From contig JACQPY010000013.1 of assembly GCA_016207275.1 (NCBI GenBank), forward strand, positions 20,285 to 84,284: a stretch of DNA of 64,000 nucleotides. The letters are read 5' to 3'. Of the stretch, positions 1 to 8,718 are shown piece after piece (positions within the stretch are counted from its first letter, which is position 1; the number at the start of each line of letters is the position of its first letter). Both the position numbers and the translations under genes were made by a program. Below the pieces are notes generated by a model that was not told the origin of the DNA, did no database searches, and saw only the letters and a list, made by a program, of their open reading frames with translations. Origin of the DNA: Candidatus Kerfeldbacteria bacterium (GTDB taxonomy: Bacteria > Patescibacteriota > Patescibacteriia > SBBC01).

Positions 1-2
1 TC

Positions 3-305
3 GTCGAAAAAGACAAGGCGCCAAACGATACCAATCGAAATATTGAACCAACGCGCGAAGACGATACCGCCATCGACATAACCCCGTCTTTACCTTGGAC
101 GAATGGTGCGGCAGCTGGCAAGTATGATTTGCAATCGACCATCACGCATGAACTCGGCCACTGGTTGAGTCTGGATGATCTGGTTGGCGACGGTGAACGA
201 ATGCTGACGATGTACCACGAACCACTCGAGAACAGCATTGAGCACCGGAGCCTGGGCACCGGCGATGTCCGAGGAGCCCGGATTATTTACGACGGCGGGC
301 AATAG
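3..305 (+). CDS. Matrixin/M10-like zinc metalloprotease, C-terminal part (5' end outside window)
   Basis: Not in the ORF track. Frame 3 reads ...YDLQSTITHELGHWLSLDDL...MLTMY...RSLGTGDVRGARIIY..Q*: metzincin HExxHxxxxxD motif plus Met-turn; TAG at 303-305. Confidence 0.8.
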   Translation, partial: VEKDKAPNDTNRNIEPTREDDTAIDITPSLPWTNGAAAGKYDLQSTITHELGHWLSLDDLVGDGERMLTMYHEPLENSIEHRSLGTGDVRGARIIYDGGQ

Positions 306-498
306 AGGATTCGTGACCTCGCCGGGCAGTGCATTTATAGTCAAGCCTCAAATCCAAACACCGGTCATGCCGGATTGAATACTCCCTGAGCTCGCTCCCA
401 AGCCACTTCAGGTTCTTGATCACCCTGCATTCGCCGGCTTTCTTTCCCGCGATGCTGCTCCGAGTGTAGCCTCTATCATCTAGGGTATACTGAGTGAT

Positions 499-1215
499 AT
501 GGACCTCCTCGGCCTCGCCCTCCTGACCCTCGTTGCCAGCGGCGTCGGCACCATGACCGGTTTCGGTACCTCGACCATCATGGTGCCGGTGGTGGCTTTG
601 TTCCTACCCTTTCCGGTTACGCTGGTGCTGGTCGGCATCGTCCACTGGTTCGGCAATGTCTGGAAAATGCTGCTGTTCCGCGGCGGGTTTTCCCGAAAGC
701 TCCTGCTCTGGTTTGGGCTGCCCGGAGTCATCACTAGTTTTCTCGGCGCCAGCCTGACCATTCGAACGGACGCTGATCTACTCCAACGCCTGCTCGGGTA
801 TTTGTTAATTGGTTACGTCCTGTTCCTGATGCTCAAACCAAAATTCAAACTCAGCCAAACGCCCGCGACGGCGATGACCGGCGGCGCGCTGTCTGGCCTC
901 ATGGCCGGAATTTTCGGGATCGGCGGCGCAGTTCGCAGTGCTGCCTTGTCTGCTTTCAACTTGCCGGCAGCCACCTACCTCTTCACGGCTGGCGCGATCG
1001 GTTTGGTGATTGATTCAAGTCGGTTGGTGACGTACCTCGGTGAGGGAGTGACACTGCCGGCACGTTTGCTGGCTGGGCTGCTTCTGTTTGTGCCGATTTC
1101 GTTCTTGGGCGCCAAAATCGGGGAGCGGCTGGTCAAACGCGTGCCGGCGGAGAAGTTCCGGTGGGTGGTAGCGGTGTTTCTGTTTATCGTTGGAGTTTGG
1201 CTCGCCGTCAAATAG
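499..1215 (+). CDS. TauE/SafE family (sulfite exporter-like) membrane protein
   Basis: Multiple TM helices, two GxxGxG repeats (GTMTGFG, AGIFGIGG); TATACT 7 nt before ATG. Confidence 0.85.
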   Translation: MDLLGLALLTLVASGVGTMTGFGTSTIMVPVVALFLPFPVTLVLVGIVHWFGNVWKMLLFRGGFSRKLLLWFGLPGVITSFLGASLTIRTDADLLQRLLGYLLIGYVLFLMLKPKFKLSQTPATAMTGGALSGLMAGIFGIGGAVRSAALSAFNLPAATYLFTAGAIGLVIDSSRLVTYLGEGVTLPARLLAGLLLFVPISFLGAKIGERLVKRVPAEKFRWVVAVFLFIVGVWLAVK

Positions 1216-1225
1216 ATCGTCGGCA

Positions 1226-1473
1226 CGCAGGTACTTCCTGTTTATCCTTACATGCGCCGACGGCACGCTGTATACCGGGATCACGGTTGATCTCAAACGA
1301 CGAGTTGCCGAACACAACGCCTCGCGCCTGGGCGCGAAATACATATAGGGCGCCGGCCGGTACAATTGGTGTATAGCAAGAAATTCCCTTCTCGTTCCAC
1401 GGCCTTAAAAGGGGAGGCCCGGATCAAAGCCCTTTCGAAGACGGAAAAGCTACGGCTGGTCGTTAGAGTTTAG
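1226..1473 (+). pseudogene. GIY-YIG nuclease (YhbQ/UPF0213-like) pseudogene
   Basis: YFLFILTCADGTLYTGITVDLKRRVAEHNASRLGAKY, frameshift near 1346, then GRRPVQLVYSKKFPSRSTALKGEARIKALSKTEKLRLV; no nearby in-frame ATG. Confidence 0.85.
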
Positions 1474-1622
1474 GGCTATCGTTCATTGGGGCAGTTTTCT
1501 CCTACTGTGAAGCTAATAGCCAACTTGACTAGTTTTTAATAATGGTGTATAGTTTTGTATAGATTTCATGGTTAATGTATAGCTTTAATAGAAATTCTTT
1601 GCAGAAAAGTCCAAATAATAAC

Positions 1623-2342
1623 ATGATACCGATAAGTAAAGCAGCCAAACTGCTCGGTGTTTCTATACAAACCCTGCGCCGTTGGGACAAGGCCGGCACG
1701 CTTCGACCGGCCTATGTTTCCCCCGGGGGGCACCGCTACTACGCCGCAAGTGCCCTTGAGCAGTACACGCGGAATTTATGGGTGCAAGCGCATGCCTGGG
1801 CGGCCAGCACATCCCCGCTGCCGCTGACGCCGGACCTCTATTGCCAGACCAGCTCCATATTTCAGGCTCGGTTGTCATCGTTCGAAACAGGGCTGCAGCG
1901 GATTCCCGATTTGAAAGCCGGCGAACGTTTTTCACTGGTCGTGTCCATGGTCGGCGAAATCGGCGATAATGCCTATGCCCACAATCTCGGCAACTGGCCG
2001 GACATCCCCGGTGTCTTCTTCGCCGCCGATCTCAATCGTCGTCAGGTGGTCGTAGCGGATCGCGGACTCGGCGTGTTAATAACGCTGCGGCGGGTCAAAC
2101 CGGAACTGCGTGATGACGCTGAAGCATTGCGGGTGGCGTTTACCGAAACCATTTCCGCGCGGGCGCCGGAACGGCGGGGAAACGGACTCAAGTACGTCCG
2201 TCGGCTCATCGCCACCGGCAGTTTTCACCTGCGGTTCCAGTCTGGTCAGGACGAACTATTCCTGCACGCCGGCAGCGACGCGCTCGATATCCATCCGGCC
2301 GGCACGCCAATCCGCGGCACGATCGCGTTCTTAACATTTTAA
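1623..2342 (+). CDS. MerR-type HTH fused to HATPase/anti-sigma kinase-like domain
   Basis: ISKAAKLLGVSIQTLRRWD..GGHRYY (MerR HTH); GEIGDNAYAH, ADRGLG, RGNGL (N, G1, G2 boxes). Start at 1623 preferred over 1575. Confidence 0.8.
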   Translation: MIPISKAAKLLGVSIQTLRRWDKAGTLRPAYVSPGGHRYYAASALEQYTRNLWVQAHAWAASTSPLPLTPDLYCQTSSIFQARLSSFETGLQRIPDLKAGERFSLVVSMVGEIGDNAYAHNLGNWPDIPGVFFAADLNRRQVVVADRGLGVLITLRRVKPELRDDAEALRVAFTETISARAPERRGNGLKYVRRLIATGSFHLRFQSGQDELFLHAGSDALDIHPAGTPIRGTIAFLTF

Positions 2343-2642
2343 TTGCTTATGATTATACGATTGGTGCAATTCGGGAATTTGCTCACGTCGCGGCAACTCG
2401 GACGCGAAGCATTCGCCGCCTTCCGTGCGACGCTTGAGCGCGAGCGCAGGGCCGAGCCGATCGTGGTCGATTTCGAAGGCGTCACCACCTTTTCTCCTTC
2501 CTGGGGAGACGAATTTTTAGGCGCGCTGCTTGATGTTGTGGACGGCCCGTTGATCGTCAGGCAGGCGACAAATCCATCGGTCCAAGCGACCCTGGAACTG
2601 CTGGAAAAAATCTATGGACCGCGGTTTAGGCGGGAGCCATAA
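2343..2642 (+). CDS. STAS-like domain protein (DUF4325-like)
   Basis: FGNLLTSRQLGREAF...VVDFEGVTTFSPSWGDEFL; abuts the upstream gene; start may be ATG 2349. Confidence 0.75.
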   Translation: MLMIIRLVQFGNLLTSRQLGREAFAAFRATLERERRAEPIVVDFEGVTTFSPSWGDEFLGALLDVVDGPLIVRQATNPSVQATLELLEKIYGPRFRREP

Positions 2643-2920
2643 TGGATGCTGCCGGCGCGCTAGATCTCAAAGTGAAAGTAGCTGCTTAAACCCTCAATAA
2701 CTACTATTGGTTGTTGAGGGGCATGCTGATGGGACGCTTGCAGCACCAGACTAGGAAGGGCTTGGCGCTGGGGATCCCACGACGAGCTGGTTGGCGGAAG
2801 TATCCGACGCTAAAATTGACCGAGACACGGTTGTCTATGTTTAGGGCGGCGAGTTGTAATTTAAAAATCGAGAGGTATAGACTGGAAACACCAGCCCACG
2901 ACACATTTTCACAGAAACTA

Positions 2921-3142
2921 ATGCCCAAGTCTTCCATTTCTTCCAGGTTAAATAATGCCGATCTTCGGCGTCGTAAAACACATCGTCGTACGGACGAGCA
3001 GGCATTTTTTGACGACTGTCCGATATGTCGGGCCAGGCGCGACGGCCGAGCCGATACTTACGAAGACCTGATCGCGGCGTTCAGGGAAGCGAAGCGTCTT
3101 TATCCGGACAGGACGTTTACTGGCGAAGATGAAACGTCGTAG
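2921..3142 (+). CDS. Small hypothetical protein with CxxC
   Basis: 3' part of ORF 2711..3142 from ATG 2921; FFDDCPICRA; 18 nt upstream of the TPR gene. Confidence 0.55.
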   Translation: MPKSSISSRLNNADLRRRKTHRRTDEQAFFDDCPICRARRDGRADTYEDLIAAFREAKRLYPDRTFTGEDETS

Positions 3143-3160
3143 TTTGCGCATTCACTATCT

Positions 3161-3697
3161 ATGACGATCGCGGACAACCTCTATTACGATGCCATGGAAT
3201 GCCTTGCGAACGGCCGCCGGGCAAAGGCCAGACAACTACTGCTTAGGGCTGTCGGGCAGGAACCAGATTACATGCAAACATACGTCGGCCTGACCGCTGT
3301 CTATGAGGAAGAGGGGAAGAAGAAAAAGGCGAGGGAATGCATTAATCTGGCCTTCCAGCTGACGCGGAAGAAGTTTCAGCGGTGGCCGAAGGAAATGCAC
3401 TGGGGGTACATCGAAAACCGCCAGTTTTTACGAGCTATCGCCAATAAAGCCACGGCCCACCATGAAGACGGCGAGCATGAAGCGGCCGAGAAACTCTACC
3501 GACTTATCCTTAAACTCAACCCTAACGACAATCAGGGCATCCGCTACTTGTTGGCCGGCCTGTACGCCGGAATAGGCCCGAATGATGTTAATGAGTATAT
3601 GGAAGAAGGGAATCGAACTCAAAACTGGAGCAAAATTGAAAAGCTGCTGACGACGCAAAACGCCAAACGACATTTTTGGAAAGAACCGTCCGGATAA
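3161..3697 (+). CDS. Tetratricopeptide repeat protein
   Basis: TPR-like helices; LKLNPNDNQGIRYLL motif. Confidence 0.75.
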   Translation: MTIADNLYYDAMECLANGRRAKARQLLLRAVGQEPDYMQTYVGLTAVYEEEGKKKKARECINLAFQLTRKKFQRWPKEMHWGYIENRQFLRAIANKATAHHEDGEHEAAEKLYRLILKLNPNDNQGIRYLLAGLYAGIGPNDVNEYMEEGNRTQNWSKIEKLLTTQNAKRHFWKEPSG

Positions 3698-3724
3698 GTG
3701 AAGCTCCGCCGATCGCCGCCAATG

Positions 3725-3762
3725 GTCACCGCCTTTGGCGGGATCCCGCCCGAGGCGGTGAC
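3725..3762. repeat. CCGCC-nnn-GGCGG double-hairpin REP-like element
   Basis: gtcaCCGCCtttGGCGGgatcCCGCCcgaGGCGGtgac; same design as 14374-14427. Confidence 0.7.
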
Positions 3763-3799
3763 GGGACCCCGCATCCGCCCCGACCTTCCCCCTATACGC

Positions 3800-3930
3800 G
3801 GGGACCGGACGCTCGATACTGAGCTTAACCAGCGACGTCTGGTAGCTGCAGGTCGGACACTCGAAGTACAGCCACTGCTTGTCCGTGAAGCCGTCGACTT
3901 TCCATCCGTCGTTGTGCGGCCCCCAGGTCA
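3800..3930 (-). pseudogene. 3' fragment of a small CxxC protein (5' end missing)
   Basis: Minus strand reads LTWGPHNDGWKVDGFTDKQWLYFECPTCSYQTSLVKLSIERP; protein-like sequence begins abruptly at the ~3927 junction. Confidence 0.5.
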
Positions 3931-4125
3931 GGGAGCTTGTTCGAGACCGCTGACGGCTTGCCGTACATTGCCGAGCATCCGCGCTATCCTCAAAAGCTGT
4001 ACGTGGCCACCGGCTTCAACGGCAACGGTATGGTCATGAGAGCGCTGGCGGGGATGATCCTGGCTGACCTGGCCACTGGCCGGGTTATTGTTCACGCCAA
4101 GCTTTTCGATTTTTCCCGAACTAGT
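3928..4125 (+). pseudogene. C-terminal remnant of FAD-dependent oxidoreductase (DAO/YhfW-like)
   Basis: SGSLFETADGLPYIAE...LYVATGFNGNGM...AGMILADLATG matches the DAO-family C-terminus; no N-terminal GxGxxG domain. Confidence 0.75.
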
Positions 4126-4140
4126 GCTACGATGGGGACG

Positions 4141-5175
4141 ATGGAAACCTCCGCACTGGTCAGCGCACCAGCTCAACCAACACCGGCAGCACGCCGTAGT
4201 GGGTGGCGGTGGATTGCCACGCTCGTCTACGTGTTCGTGCTGGTCCTGCCCGGCTACGTCTTTTTCAATCAGCGCGGCGGTTTTTCCTTCCTGGCCGGGC
4301 TTGATTTTAAAACATTTAACCTCGTCATCTTTCCGCTGGTCGGACTGTACGCCTTTACGCTGCTGTGGTCGCAGTTCGTCATCGGGGCGGCGCGTTCAGT
4401 GCTGCGCAGCGTTGTGCATCCGGCGATCATCACCTTCCATCGCCGGCAGGGCGTCCTGATTTTTCTGCTGGCCTGGCTGCATCCGACGCTGCGGTTTTTT
4501 GGCATCGGTCTGGATCAGTACTTCAAGAGTTGGAACGTCGCGCCGAGTCTCGTTCCCTATCTGTGGCTTGGCTATCTGCAATTGTTTTTACTAACGCTCA
4601 CGGCGGGCACGGCGTTGCTGCGCAAGCTGCCGTGGCTGAAAACCCGCTGGCACACCATTCATTACGTGAACTACGGGGTCTTCGTTATGGTGTGGATCCA
4701 CTCGTGGTTTTTAGGATCCGACGTGCGCTCGACCAACCTCCGCTACCTGTGGTGGTTTTTTGCAGTCACGGCGCTGGCAGCCACGGCCGTCAGGATTCGC
4801 CAGATCATACTGAAACGGAAATCCCAGGGCACCGCTGGGGAACGCGCGAGTTCAAGTCCTGAACCGGGAGGAGGGTTCGTGCCGATCGCCACCGTTGATC
4901 AATTCAACGACCGGACAATGATCTGCGCGACCGTGAACGGAAAGCCGCTGGCGCTATTCAAGGTGGGGGAGCAGTACTTCTGCTTGGACAACACCTGCTC
5001 GCACGCTGGCGGACCGTTGTGCGAAGGCCTGCTCGAGGGCACGGTCATCGAGTGTCCACTGCACGCGTCACGCTTTGACGTTACCACCGGTGCGGTCGTG
5101 GCCGGGCCGGCCCACGAACCGCAGCGGACGTACCCAATTCGGCTGAACGGCTCGCGCATCGAGGTGGCGATGTGA
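4141..5175 (+). CDS. Ferric reductase-like transmembrane domain fused to Rieske 2Fe-2S ferredoxin
   Basis: TM helices with paired His (FHRRQG/WLHP, WHTIH/WIHS); Rieske CSH...CPLH; start (4132 or 4141) uncertain. Confidence 0.8.
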   Translation: METSALVSAPAQPTPAARRSGWRWIATLVYVFVLVLPGYVFFNQRGGFSFLAGLDFKTFNLVIFPLVGLYAFTLLWSQFVIGAARSVLRSVVHPAIITFHRRQGVLIFLLAWLHPTLRFFGIGLDQYFKSWNVAPSLVPYLWLGYLQLFLLTLTAGTALLRKLPWLKTRWHTIHYVNYGVFVMVWIHSWFLGSDVRSTNLRYLWWFFAVTALAATAVRIRQIILKRKSQGTAGERASSSPEPGGGFVPIATVDQFNDRTMICATVNGKPLALFKVGEQYFCLDNTCSHAGGPLCEGLLEGTVIECPLHASRFDVTTGAVVAGPAHEPQRTYPIRLNGSRIEVAM

Positions 5176-5690
5176 CTGCCCGACTACGCCTGACCTCTAT
5201 CGGCGTCTTCGTCCTCGGCGTGGCGGTGGCGGTGCTGTTGGTCCGCTTACCGGTCGGTCATAGTCTGGTCAATCGCCTGGACAACTGGGGCTACCTGACC
5301 GCCCTGGTCGGCGGCTTGCTCTATACGACCAGTTTCACCTCGGCCACCGGCACCGTTGTTTTGGCGCACGTCGGGGAGAGCCTCAACCCGGTTTTAGCGG
5401 CGGTTATTGGCGGACTCGGTTCGTTGCTCTATGATCTGACCATTTTCACCGTGTTCGCACGCCAGTTTGAACGCCGGCCGGCGCTACACCGGCTGGTCGA
5501 TTTTTTCCAGCGTCATCGCCGGCTGCGCTGGACCGCTGGCTTAAGCGGCGCACTGATCATTGCCTCGCCGCTGCCGGACGAATTGGGAATTGCTTTGCTC
5601 GACGGCGCCGGCACGAAAGAACGCTACTTTATTCCCTTGTCATTCGGGTTCAACGTTCTGGGTATTTTAGCGATCGTCGGTCTGTTCTAG
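5172..5690 (+). CDS. Hypothetical membrane protein (CPR-type, IASPLPDE motif)
   Basis: 4-5 TM segments; GTGA overlap with the upstream stop. Confidence 0.7.
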   Translation: MTARLRLTSIGVFVLGVAVAVLLVRLPVGHSLVNRLDNWGYLTALVGGLLYTTSFTSATGTVVLAHVGESLNPVLAAVIGGLGSLLYDLTIFTVFARQFERRPALHRLVDFFQRHRRLRWTAGLSGALIIASPLPDELGIALLDGAGTKERYFIPLSFGFNVLGILAIVGLF

Positions 5691-5691
5691 T

Positions 5692-6699
5692 CTAGACGTT
5701 GACCACGTTGATCGGCTGGCCGGCTTGGAAGGCCTTGATGTTGGCAATGGTGGTGGTGAGAATGCGTTCCAGCGCTTCCTGCGAGTTGAAGGCATTGTGC
5801 GGCGTGATGATGACGTTCGGCTGTTCCAGCAAAATGTGATTGGCCAGCACGGTTTCCAGGTCGCACTGTTGCTTAAAAGCGTCAGTCAGCAGTTCGCGTT
5901 CTTCCGTGATCTCGCACTCTTCTTCGAGCACGTCTAGTCCGGCCGCGGCGACCGTCCCGTTTTTCAACGCTCGAACCAGTGCTTTGGTGTCAATTAAACC
6001 GCCACGCGCCGTGTTGATGATGACTACCCCACGCTTCATCTTCTTGAACGCCGCGTCGTTCAGCAGGTGCTTGGTTGATGGTAAAAATGGAACGTGCAAA
6101 GAGATAATGTCTGACTGCGGCAAAAGGTCATTGAACGAAACGTAGCTAAAGCCGAGTTTCTTGGCGAGTTCAAGGTTCGGCTTCGGATCAAAGGCCAGCA
6201 CGTGCATGCCAAAAGCGACGGCGTATTGTGCGACGTGCGAGCCAATATGGCCGCTGCCGATGAGGCCGATAGTTTTGCCTTTGAGGTCGAAGCCGCGCAA
6301 ATCATCGAGTCGGAAGTCGCCTCGCCTGGTACGCTCAATTGAGGGGATGAGTTTGCGTGACAGCGCCAGCACCAAGGCCACGGTGTGCTCGGCCACGGTG
6401 TTCTCGCCGTAGGTCGGCACGTTCGATACGAGGACGCCGCGTTTCGCACAGGCCTGGAGATCAATGTGGTCGTAGCCGGTCGAACGGGTGGTAACGAACT
6501 TCAGATTCGGTATTCGCTCCAACACCGCTTCGGTTATAGCCGAATGGATGAAAGCGACCAAGATGGAGACGTTCTTCAGCCGGTCCGCCGGAATTTTATC
6601 AATCGTGGCAGCCGAGAACCCGATTGAACCGTCAAACCGTCCTTTCAGGAACTCCTGTTCCCAGGGTTCGCGCTCTAAGAATAGAATTGGCTGGTTCAT
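5692..6699 (-). CDS. D-2-hydroxyacid dehydrogenase (D-lactate dehydrogenase-like)
   Basis: TGYDHID, GSGHIG, INTARG, LDVLEEE, TPHNAF; start at 6699 follows TATACT by 6 nt. Confidence 0.9.
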   Translation of the reverse strand: MNQPILFLEREPWEQEFLKGRFDGSIGFSAATIDKIPADRLKNVSILVAFIHSAITEAVLERIPNLKFVTTRSTGYDHIDLQACAKRGVLVSNVPTYGENTVAEHTVALVLALSRKLIPSIERTRRGDFRLDDLRGFDLKGKTIGLIGSGHIGSHVAQYAVAFGMHVLAFDPKPNLELAKKLGFSYVSFNDLLPQSDIISLHVPFLPSTKHLLNDAAFKKMKRGVVIINTARGGLIDTKALVRALKNGTVAAAGLDVLEEECEITEERELLTDAFKQQCDLETVLANHILLEQPNVIITPHNAFNSQEALERILTTTIANIKAFQAGQPINVVNV

Positions 6700-6781
6700 G
6701 GTTTCAGTATACCGAAAAAAAGTCAATATTGAAATACGAACTGACAAAACTTGATTTATCGGCAGCACAGTGCTACAATGA

Positions 6782-7816
6782 ATGCGCCGTCGCAATTTAT
6801 TAAAGACGGCTCGATTTTCAAAGGAAGTGGCTAAACTACCAAGAAAACGCGTGGCCTTGCTGTTCAGCGGCGGGACAATGTTGTCCGAAAAGCCGCGGCC
6901 CTGGGAAATCGTCAAGAAGCCCGAGCACATGCGTCGCTGGCTCGACAACATGAGCGAAATCAACGTCATCGCCGATGTCGAGCCGGTTTTTATCACCGGC
7001 AAGGGAACCTTGGAGATCGGGCCGGACGAGTGGCTGGCCATGGCTGAAGCAGTGCGCCGGCTGCACCAGTCAGTGGATGGATTCGTGGTGTTGCACGGCG
7101 TGGAAACTCTGCACTACACGGCCAATGCCTTGAGTTTGATGCTGCGCAATCTGCCGTTCCCGGCGGTGGTGTCCGGTTCGCCCTTGCGGATGCCTGGTTT
7201 GGGCGTGCGGCAGGTGGAGTTTGCCGCCCGCGCCAACATTATCAACGCGGTTCAGGTAGCGGCCGCTGACGTGGCCGGGGTATGCGTGGTTTTCGGCAAT
7301 CGGATCATGCCCGCTGCCCAAGTCCAACCGGTCATGGCTGAAGGCGCATTTCAGCTAGTAACCGCCGAGACGGCGCTCCTCGGCCGGGTGGATTTCGGCA
7401 CCAAGCTGTTCGAGAACCGAACCAAGCGATCAAACCGCAAGCCGCGCTGGTCCATCCACCTTGACCAGCATGTGTTCGTGACCACCATCACGCCGGCGGT
7501 GTCGGCCAGCTCTTTCCGCCTGGCTATCCGCGGTGATTTCCACGCCATCCTGGCCCGTCTCCATGAATTGGTGTCCTTGCCGGATTATGTCGAACGCGAA
7601 TTCCGGCGGGCCTTAAAGCACGGCATTCCGGTGGTTCTCTCATCTCGCCATCCGCTGCCGGGCATGGTGGAGTTCATTTCGCTCCTTGGCGTCAGCCCGA
7701 GTATGGCTGTCGTCAAGACCATGTGGGCGCTCGGCGCCACGCGTGAGGCGGGGAAGCTTCGCAAACTGCTTGAGCAGAACGTTGCCGGCGAATTCATCCA
7801 GGGAGGTGCCGCATGA
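6782..7816 (+). CDS. L-asparaginase-fold protein, catalytic residues degenerate
   Basis: SGGTM, DGFVVLHGVETLHYTANALS (canonical HGTDT), GVCVVFGNRI, C-terminal QNVAGE. Confidence 0.8.
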   Translation: MRRRNLLKTARFSKEVAKLPRKRVALLFSGGTMLSEKPRPWEIVKKPEHMRRWLDNMSEINVIADVEPVFITGKGTLEIGPDEWLAMAEAVRRLHQSVDGFVVLHGVETLHYTANALSLMLRNLPFPAVVSGSPLRMPGLGVRQVEFAARANIINAVQVAAADVAGVCVVFGNRIMPAAQVQPVMAEGAFQLVTAETALLGRVDFGTKLFENRTKRSNRKPRWSIHLDQHVFVTTITPAVSASSFRLAIRGDFHAILARLHELVSLPDYVEREFRRALKHGIPVVLSSRHPLPGMVEFISLLGVSPSMAVVKTMWALGATREAGKLRKLLEQNVAGEFIQGGAA

Positions 7817-8421
7817 TACGGGCATACTTCTACGGTCCGCCGACGACCAAGCGTGATCTGAATGACGTCTACGAAGTAATCAAGGACGTCTGTCAGCGCG
7901 CCGATGTCGCGCTCTCGACCAATACCGAAGCGGAAGAAATTAACTTACCGTCCGAAACCATTGCCGAGCATCGGGCCACCGGCGTGCCGCTGCTCGACGC
8001 GATGCAGGCCATTTTGGTGGAAGGTTCAACGCCTGATCCGCAGGCCGGCTATTTACTGGCCTATGCCTTGGCCGAGAAACGACCGCTGCTGTATCTCTAC
8101 AGCCGCGGCGAGGTGGCGCCGGACGTGCTGCGCTACCTGAATCTGAAGGATATTCCCAAGCACATCGTCATTGCCACCTATACCAAAGACCGGGTAGAGA
8201 AGCTGGTCGAGGATTTCCTGCGTCGGCTCGGCGACATCAAGGTCCGCGAAGTGGCGCGGATAAAGTTTACGCTTCGGTTGACGAAAAGCCTGGACGACTT
8301 CCTTGATTTCAAAACGCGGAACACCAAGCTGTCGAAAGCTGACTTCCTCCGCGAGGACATGGACAAGCGGATGAAGGCGGATGAGGAGTTTCAGCAGCAC
8401 TTGCGGAAAAGGAAGGGATAG
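7813..8421 (+). CDS. Nucleoside 2-deoxyribosyltransferase-like domain plus C-terminal ribbon-helix-helix domain
   Basis: RAYFYG...ILVEGSTPDPQAGYLLAYALAEKRPLLYLY; KFTLRLTKSLDDFL..SKADFLRE; ATGA overlap with upstream gene. Confidence 0.65.
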   Translation: MIRAYFYGPPTTKRDLNDVYEVIKDVCQRADVALSTNTEAEEINLPSETIAEHRATGVPLLDAMQAILVEGSTPDPQAGYLLAYALAEKRPLLYLYSRGEVAPDVLRYLNLKDIPKHIVIATYTKDRVEKLVEDFLRRLGDIKVREVARIKFTLRLTKSLDDFLDFKTRNTKLSKADFLREDMDKRMKADEEFQQHLRKRKG

Positions 8422-8520
8422 GGGGAGGGCAGGTTTTAGGTGTTAGGTTGTTAGGAGGTTAGGGGGTTAGCTTCATTAGCTAGGTAGCGCGAACCATAGC
8501 GCGCACTCCAGCTGCGTGAG

Positions 8521-8615
8521 CTCCCCTCCCCTTGGAAAAGGGGAGGAGTATGACCCCTTGCCGTCGTTCGGCTTCGCCTCACTTCCTCCCCTCCCCTTGG
8601 AAAAGGGGAGGAGTA
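8521..8615. repeat. Two direct copies of a 30-bp hairpin repeat (REP-like)
   Basis: ctcccctccccttggaaaaggggaggagta at 8521-8550 and 8586-8615. Confidence 0.85.
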
Positions 8616-8623
8616 TAAAAAGA

Positions 8624-8698
8624 GCGCCCCGCACCAATGTCATCCTGAGCCTTGTCCCGTCGAATGACGGGATGGTTTCAGGAACTGGTGCGGGGCGC
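8624..8698. repeat. Nested CCCGCACC...GGTGCGGG palindromic element (may act as bidirectional terminator)
   Basis: gcgccccgcacca/tggtgcggggcgc encloses tcctgagcc/ggtttcagga, which encloses tcccgtc/gacggga. Confidence 0.7.
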
Positions 8699-8718
8699 GA
8701 GATTTGCTTTTGAACGTG

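Noticed and set aside
1380-1480. Structured ncRNA suggested by short inverted repeats
   Set aside because: The region reads as the C-terminal half of the GIY-YIG pseudogene
6700-7041. N-terminal extension of the dehydrogenase ORF (also the track's extended starts for mreB, GT4, gltX, trxB, obgE)
   Set aside because: Extensions overlap neighbouring genes or promoters; family similarity begins at the downstream ATG
6782-7816. GatD-type glutaminase serving tRNA-Gln amidation
   Set aside because: No GatD N-terminal domain, catalytic motif altered, no gatE nearby
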